Assembly (NCBI GenBank): GCA_000934665.2
Contig: JYFJ02003462.1
Coordinates: 1-41,176, forward strand
Length of the DNA stretch: 41,176 nt
Reading direction: 5' to 3'
From: Catajapyx aquilonaris
Taxonomy: Eukaryota
Part shown: positions 35,284 to 41,176 of the stretch, one piece after another
Layout of the letters: every line of letters starts with the position of its first letter
Numbering within the stretch: the first letter of the stretch is position 1
Made by a program: the position numbers and the translations under genes
The notes under the pieces: model-generated
What the model was told of the DNA's origin: nothing
What the model saw: the letters and a program-made list of their open reading frames with translations, nothing else
Database searches by the model: none

Positions 35284-38009
35284 TGAGAAGCTGATGACAA
35301 TAATTCACTAATGAGAGTGCATGCACTCCACAGGAAGACTCCAGTGTACTCTGGAGGAGATGGAAAAGGGGGTAGTGAGGCCTCAAGGAAGGTTTGGAGT
35401 CAAAATGCCCCGTCATGGCTAAAGAGCTGCAATAGCAATAAAGCCTAAGTTGAATAATAGATTTTGTTCACTCGAACCAAAATAATTACACCCAACTATT
35501 TCAACCCGCCAATATCTGACGACCTTGCGGGAAGAATGATCAAGGTCCACCAGTCCACCTCAAGTGAAACTGAGTATTGAAATTTCAAATTTCGAATGCC
35601 CATAAGGTTCCATTATACATCCCACTTTCGGGGTTTCCCATAGTCGACTATGGTCATTACTCTGCAACCACGATAGGGTTCGAAATTAACCGGTAACGAG
35701 TCGCATTCACGACTTTAAGTTTCTACGCAAGCTGCAACCTAAGCAAGATATTTAGCCGCCATGTTTGGCAACTAGCTTTTACCTCCCAAAATTGCATTTC
35801 TGTGAAGTATATTGCTCAGATTCTGGTCACATAACATATTTTCGATTTGTTTCTTGCCGAAGCTCTCGGTGACTGGTGTATGTGGCCCCCAATTAGTAAT
35901 GGCTAATTAAATACAGTTGACTCCAGTTATAACAGACTCATAATGTTGGTCCCGGCAAACTCCCATACAGCTGTGTATTTTCACTCCTGATATAACACTC
36001 ATTTTCACCTCATCTTGGCTATTCTTGATTTGGGCCAACTTGCGAGGCCTCTTGAGCTCTAGCAAGGCATCGTAGAGCAATAGGACCTTCACTTCCTGAT
36101 ACTGGTTTTTCACAAGGAATCTCGCTACCTGAAGCTTGTGCGCCATTTACTGACCACTCTGTAAATGCAGTATCCCTCATATGCAAGGTACTGTACCGGT
36201 ACCTTATGCCTGATGTATTTTATTAAATCGGTATGGTACATTTATGCAAGTACCCCTCTTAATAAAGCAATGGTTTCTAGTTATTCATAAAGATCCTTTT
36301 TACTCGGCGAACTCCCCTCCCTCCTGTTCCGCCACTCAGGGTGCACAGCAGTGAAAATACGGTACAGCAAGGTGCCAACTGAATCCACCGAATGTTCGTG
36401 CAGTTGCTTCCCTGCTGTTGCCATGATGCCCGAAGTACATAAAATATACATATAGAGGCTGACCTATGACCTTATGTCATCGTTTGTTAACCAACACGTA
36501 GTCAACAGAAATCTGCCGAATGCACCTCTGGAAACTCTCACTTTTCAAATTTTCATGGAAATGATCTCAACAAGGAGTATTGTTGGACCATGACCAAAGA
36601 ATCTCCCTCGATTTGATTGTGACCACATCATGACACCTTGACCAACTTTTCCAATCGAACGCAAGTTTTTCAGTGTCCTGAGTGTTGGTGGCCATTCCTA
36701 GTGCATTGAAAAATGTCTTTCCCAGTGGTCAAGTGCATCAAATTTTCTGCAGAATACTTTGAAAATCACATTAAGATATTTTCTACTTTTATTTGGCTAA
36801 TGCAAATAATAAATATTTATCAAAATAATGTAAAAAAAAAAAAAATCTCTGAGAATGACACTAGCATAAACCAATCGTGTACTTGTTACTCTCACGTAAG
36901 GCAACTTCTGAGAGATCGGACAATCTTGGCTGAGTCTCGTCGTACATTTGAGTTGAAATGCCCCAACCCCTCTGCAATTTCATAAATACCCAACCACCAG
37001 GTTTCCTCGATTTATTATTTCATTATAAAAGGGAGTAACTTGGTATTTCAACAACTCCTTTACATGTCATAAACATTGATCAAAAGAGAGTCTTTAACTA
37101 CTCCATTCCCCTGCATCAATGTAGAACTAACCATAGTAATACCAGAGTGTGTGGCAGTGAAGATGATCACCTCTTTTTTGTGATTAATGCAGGGTCAATG
37201 ATGTCACTATAAAATATGTCGCTAGTACAATTCACATTCCTGGCCTAATACGACTACTCTGAAATACAAATAGAAACATAATTAGAAAAGTATTCTCTGG
37301 GTAATAAAACAAAAAATTAGTTCAACAAGTATTATGCTAGCAAAAAGAGACAATTATTAGCAGTAACTGGGTGAAACCACTTCAAAGAAAATGCACAGCT
37401 TTGTAAAATGTACAGGTGAGATTTTTACAGCACGTCACATACAAGTTTACGAAAAAGACGACAGATTTACAGTGTGTAATTTGTACACACGAGGTTTCAG
37501 AATTGTACATATTTACATTCATATGTACATCAATTTATTATCTGCTACCACATAATGCTCATTTGTCACAGGTACATTGCCACATTATGCTACTGATAAA
37601 CAACTCTTGCGCTGCCTTGCATTCATGTACAGTTACTTTAATATGGCCTGAGATTCCACCACCTATAAATGCCTCTTCTATATTATGCACGGATCATGAT
37701 TCAAATAAATACGCAAAAAAAAGGAAAACGTAAAAGTACCTATTTACAGAAAGTCAGCACCGTCTGGACAAATTTTCCTGCCTGAACAGTAAGTAGAGCA
37801 TGAGTATATTTGTAAAAAAAATCATATGTAAAAACGCCAAAAAATCACAACTTGAGATGCAAAATATAATTATACTACACTTTATTATTAGGGCCTTTTA
37901 AAAGTGGCATGTGTGTGTTGATGTAAACAAGATGATCCGCACAATCCTATGAAGCTAAGAGAAGAATCGGAGGGATGACAATTTCAGCCGCACAAGTTCA
38001 GCAATGCAC

Positions 38010-40817
38010 CTATGAAGCCTGGGCGGCAGTGCTGAACCTATCTGCCTCTTCCTCCTTGTCCTCTAACACCACTGTCTGACACTCCTCTTCCTCTTCCTCC
38101 TCCTCCTCATCCGCCTCCTCTCTCAGTCGTCTCCTTCTCCTCCTCCTCCGAGGAATTAGTATCCTCCTTTCATCCTGTTGGTCATCCTCATCATCATCAT
38201 CCCCCGAATCCTTGGTGTCACTTTGTAAATGTGTCAATGTGTGCAAGGGTATGGAAGCTGGTTGGTGATGATGAGGTTGGGGTGGTGATGGCTTAGGGGC
38301 GGCGTCGGCCACACTCACAACAAACTGCAGGCAGCCAAACTTGATGTAGGATCCGTGATTAACAAGTGCAGTTCCCTCCCAGCCAGCACCACTGCCTCCA
38401 ATGAGCGAGGAGCCACTTGTCTTGCATGCACATGTTTTCCAGCTCTGCAAATGAAAAGAGGAGAATAGAAAACATGCACATAAATAAGGGAGAATGATGA
38501 AGCAAATCTACATGTGCTTATTAAGTGTTTGTGACACTGTACATCACCTGCATCAATGAAAATGTATCACTTCTAAAATGTCATCTACTGTAAATTGACC
38601 TGCTTTTCACAACTGATTTCAACATATCGTCGGTGTTACAGAGAAGGGCAAATATCCCAGATACCTTGAGTGAATCCGCACTGGCCATTCGAGGTCTGTT
38701 CACTGCCTCCCCTTTCTCTGTAGTGGTTGCTCCTGCCTTGCTTTGCTTGGCCTTTCTCCGCTTGTCTACAATTTTCTTTATCTCCTGCACCACTGGGTTA
38801 GATGGAGTTGGGGGAGGCTGCTTCTCAGAAAAGTCACAGGAAAAGAGGACATTGTCCACTGTCGTCCCATGCTCACTGTAATTCAGCAGCTCATAGTGTT
38901 TGGTCGTCTGTTCATGTAACAAAAAAGAAATGAAAAATTTAAAAAACACATTAGTGCAACACTCCATCTCTCTAAAAACACTTGACACTATACTGAGTAT
39001 GTGGATTCAAATTTCAAATGAACATAAATATGACTGAAAGGTCGAATCCTTTTTTGCTCCCCCACACTTGTGGTACCTTAAAAAGTGGAAATAATAACTT
39101 GAATCTGACCTCGTCATAAAACAATGCTGCATGCTTCGCTGAGACGTAGTTGCAATGCCCATATTTGTCAAGACAGAGGTCCATGTCTGCACCAGTGCCA
39201 ATGTTGAGAGTCCTGTAGGTCATAGGGCAAGGGTTTCCTTTCGAGCTCAGAGGGTATAGAGTGGCCCTAGATTTGAGTTTTGGAGATTGAGCTGGAGGAT
39301 GTTGAATTTGTGAGTGTGTGTTGGAAGAAGTGGGTGACTGGGTGGCTTGGGGCTGCGGGAAGGCATCAGGAAGTAGCTGCTGTAACCTCTGCCATGCCAG
39401 CAGGCGGATGACACCATCATCTACTTCATTCATTTCTGGGCCAACTGCATTCAGATGGTTTTCCTTCATAAGGCATGCCAACGACTGCATTGTGGGTAAT
39501 CCTTTTGATGTCTTCCCAGCTTGTAAGTCAGTCAGGCATTTACTTAAAAAAAAAAGAGAGAAACGTAACGTCAATATTCCCGGAAGGAGGTACAAAATAA
39601 TACGGTATCTTTCACTGTCCATTTGAATCCAAAGGAACATTACTTATTACTTGTAAATTTACATTCAATTTTTTAACAGTTTAGCAGTGCCTATTGCTAG
39701 CCAGCCCTTCATCAAACTTTTCAACTTGCACTGCACTTCCTAAGGTCTGCTTGCCTGCCTGCATGATCAATAGTAAATACAGAGTAACCAGTTAATCTTG
39801 CATGAATAACACTGATAAACCACTTGTTAATCATTTACTGCTTATCACAAAATCAGCCCTTCAGGGCCACAGGATCTCAAATTACAGAGGGAAAAACTGA
39901 GAACCTTTCCATTGAGCTGGCGACCTTGGCAGTGGTACACTACAGTACATTATTGACTAGTGAACAGTTTTAGTTATGACCTAGGGGACCCACTTTAAAA
40001 AAAAATGACATATTTACACTTTCTACAGTTAAGAACTCTGATGCTACAAATATCCACCCTCATTCCAAGTAACTGACTCTTCATATCCAAATTATATGCA
40101 GAAATTTTTTGAATGAAAAGGATGACTCACTCTGTGTCAGCTGCTCGAACACCTTTGGTGCTTATACACTTCTTCTTGCCTGTCTCTCCATGTAAAATCT
40201 CTCCATTGTGAATGGCATTGTTTTGATGGCTGCCGTCAAGAGTACCATTCACCATGGTCTTGCAGATTACAGGTAAGGTGGAAGAACTGGGAGAGGAGGA
40301 GTCCACTGGCTTTCCATCACAATTCTCCTCCTTAACTTCCCCGTTGGTGGCAAAATTCTTGCCCTTGGTGCTCATATGTTTCCCAATGCTCAAGTGCAAC
40401 TGAACAACACCTGCTAACCACTGTTAGAAAAGAGAGATGTAAGAAACACAAAACTTCCAAAATGATAAAAACATAACAATTTGAAAAACACACTTGTTCC
40501 TGCTCTTCGGGTGTGGCTACTATAGGAGGCTGCTGTCCCTGTGACATGCCTGTAATGTGGATATCAGGTAGCCCTGCCCACTGATAGCGAAATGTAGGCA
40601 TTGGAGGTTGTGGGTACTGGTACTGCTGCTTGATAGCCTCTGGTACCCTGGCTGGAGGTCTGGACTGCAACTTCCGCTTGTATCGAAAGGGTGGATTTTT
40701 CCGATGTGCCCTTCTTGTAAATTCAATTTTCACTGCATGTTGATCTATAGGTCCTGAATATTTGTCCCAAAGGCGCACTCTTTCTAAGCCACTGTTGCTC
40801 TTCAGCATATTCTCCTC
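38010..40817 (-). CDS. PHF12: PHD finger protein 12 (Pf1, Sin3/HDAC-associated), 5'-partial, last 5 exons including the FHA domain
   Basis: Exons (minus) 40817-40494, 40420-40131, 39542-39110, 38907-38665 and 38444-38010 with phases 0,2,0,0, giving 574 aa. Motifs [44 protein letters not shown], and FHA segments [65 protein letters not shown]. The PHD exons lie beyond the window end. Confidence 0.93.
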
Positions 40818-41176
40818 CTATGTGTCAGAAATAAGGTTCATGATTCATTTCAGGTATGAAGCCCTTAAAAATGTTAATCTAGAGCACATAAATTCAGCTA
40901 AAATGACCATTTAACTTCGATCAAAGTTACATAACTAATGTGTAGATGAGTTTAAATTATTACTAATTAAATAATTAAGTCATGTTAAGACATACAGGGT
41001 GATCAAACTTTTTTGTCGTTTTAGTTATTGACAAATTCGGCCTAAGCTGCTTATATTGTAGCCCGTTCCCTGGCAACCCCGTCCGGCGGGCCAATTCAAA
41101 CATCAGCCAATGGAGAGCGCTTCCATTGTTGCCACTGTTTACAAATCGAATGAGTGACGCGGACGACCCAGCAACG

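Noticed and set aside
35675..35700. hAT-like terminus TAGGGTTCGAAATTAACC
   Set aside because: No matching opposite terminus found, so no element boundaries can be supported.
1..41176. Prokaryotic systems (CRISPR arrays, operons, defence islands)
   Set aside because: The window is spliceosomal-intron eukaryotic DNA and has no repeat-spacer array.

Overview
Eukaryotic genomic DNA from an invertebrate, probably an arthropod (inferred from protein and intron style). Positions 1-18.1 kb contain no recognisable host exon. They are a mosaic of decayed DNA-transposon/MITE pieces, palindromes and microsatellites, most likely a large 5' intron of a Bicaudal-D-related gene. From 18.1 kb the window is gene-dense with GT-AG introns whose phases I checked by hand: BICDR/BICDL1-like (+, last 7 coding exons), ABHD11 (-, complete), LIN37 (+, complete, head-to-head with ABHD11), RAB35 (+, complete, one coding intron), a frameshifted ankyrin-repeat gene (+), and the 3' part of PHF12 (-). 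The most notable observations are BICDR-RAB35 linkage mirroring human 12q24, an excess of TA-CAG/CTG/CGG-TA motifs resembling Tc1/mariner excision footprints, a 114-bp foldback, several MITEs, possibly overlapping BICDR/ABHD11 3' UTRs, a LIN37 microexon, and RAB35 uORFs inside a candidate 5' UTR intron. I found no evidence of a novel multi-gene system, CRISPR array or intact RNA gene.
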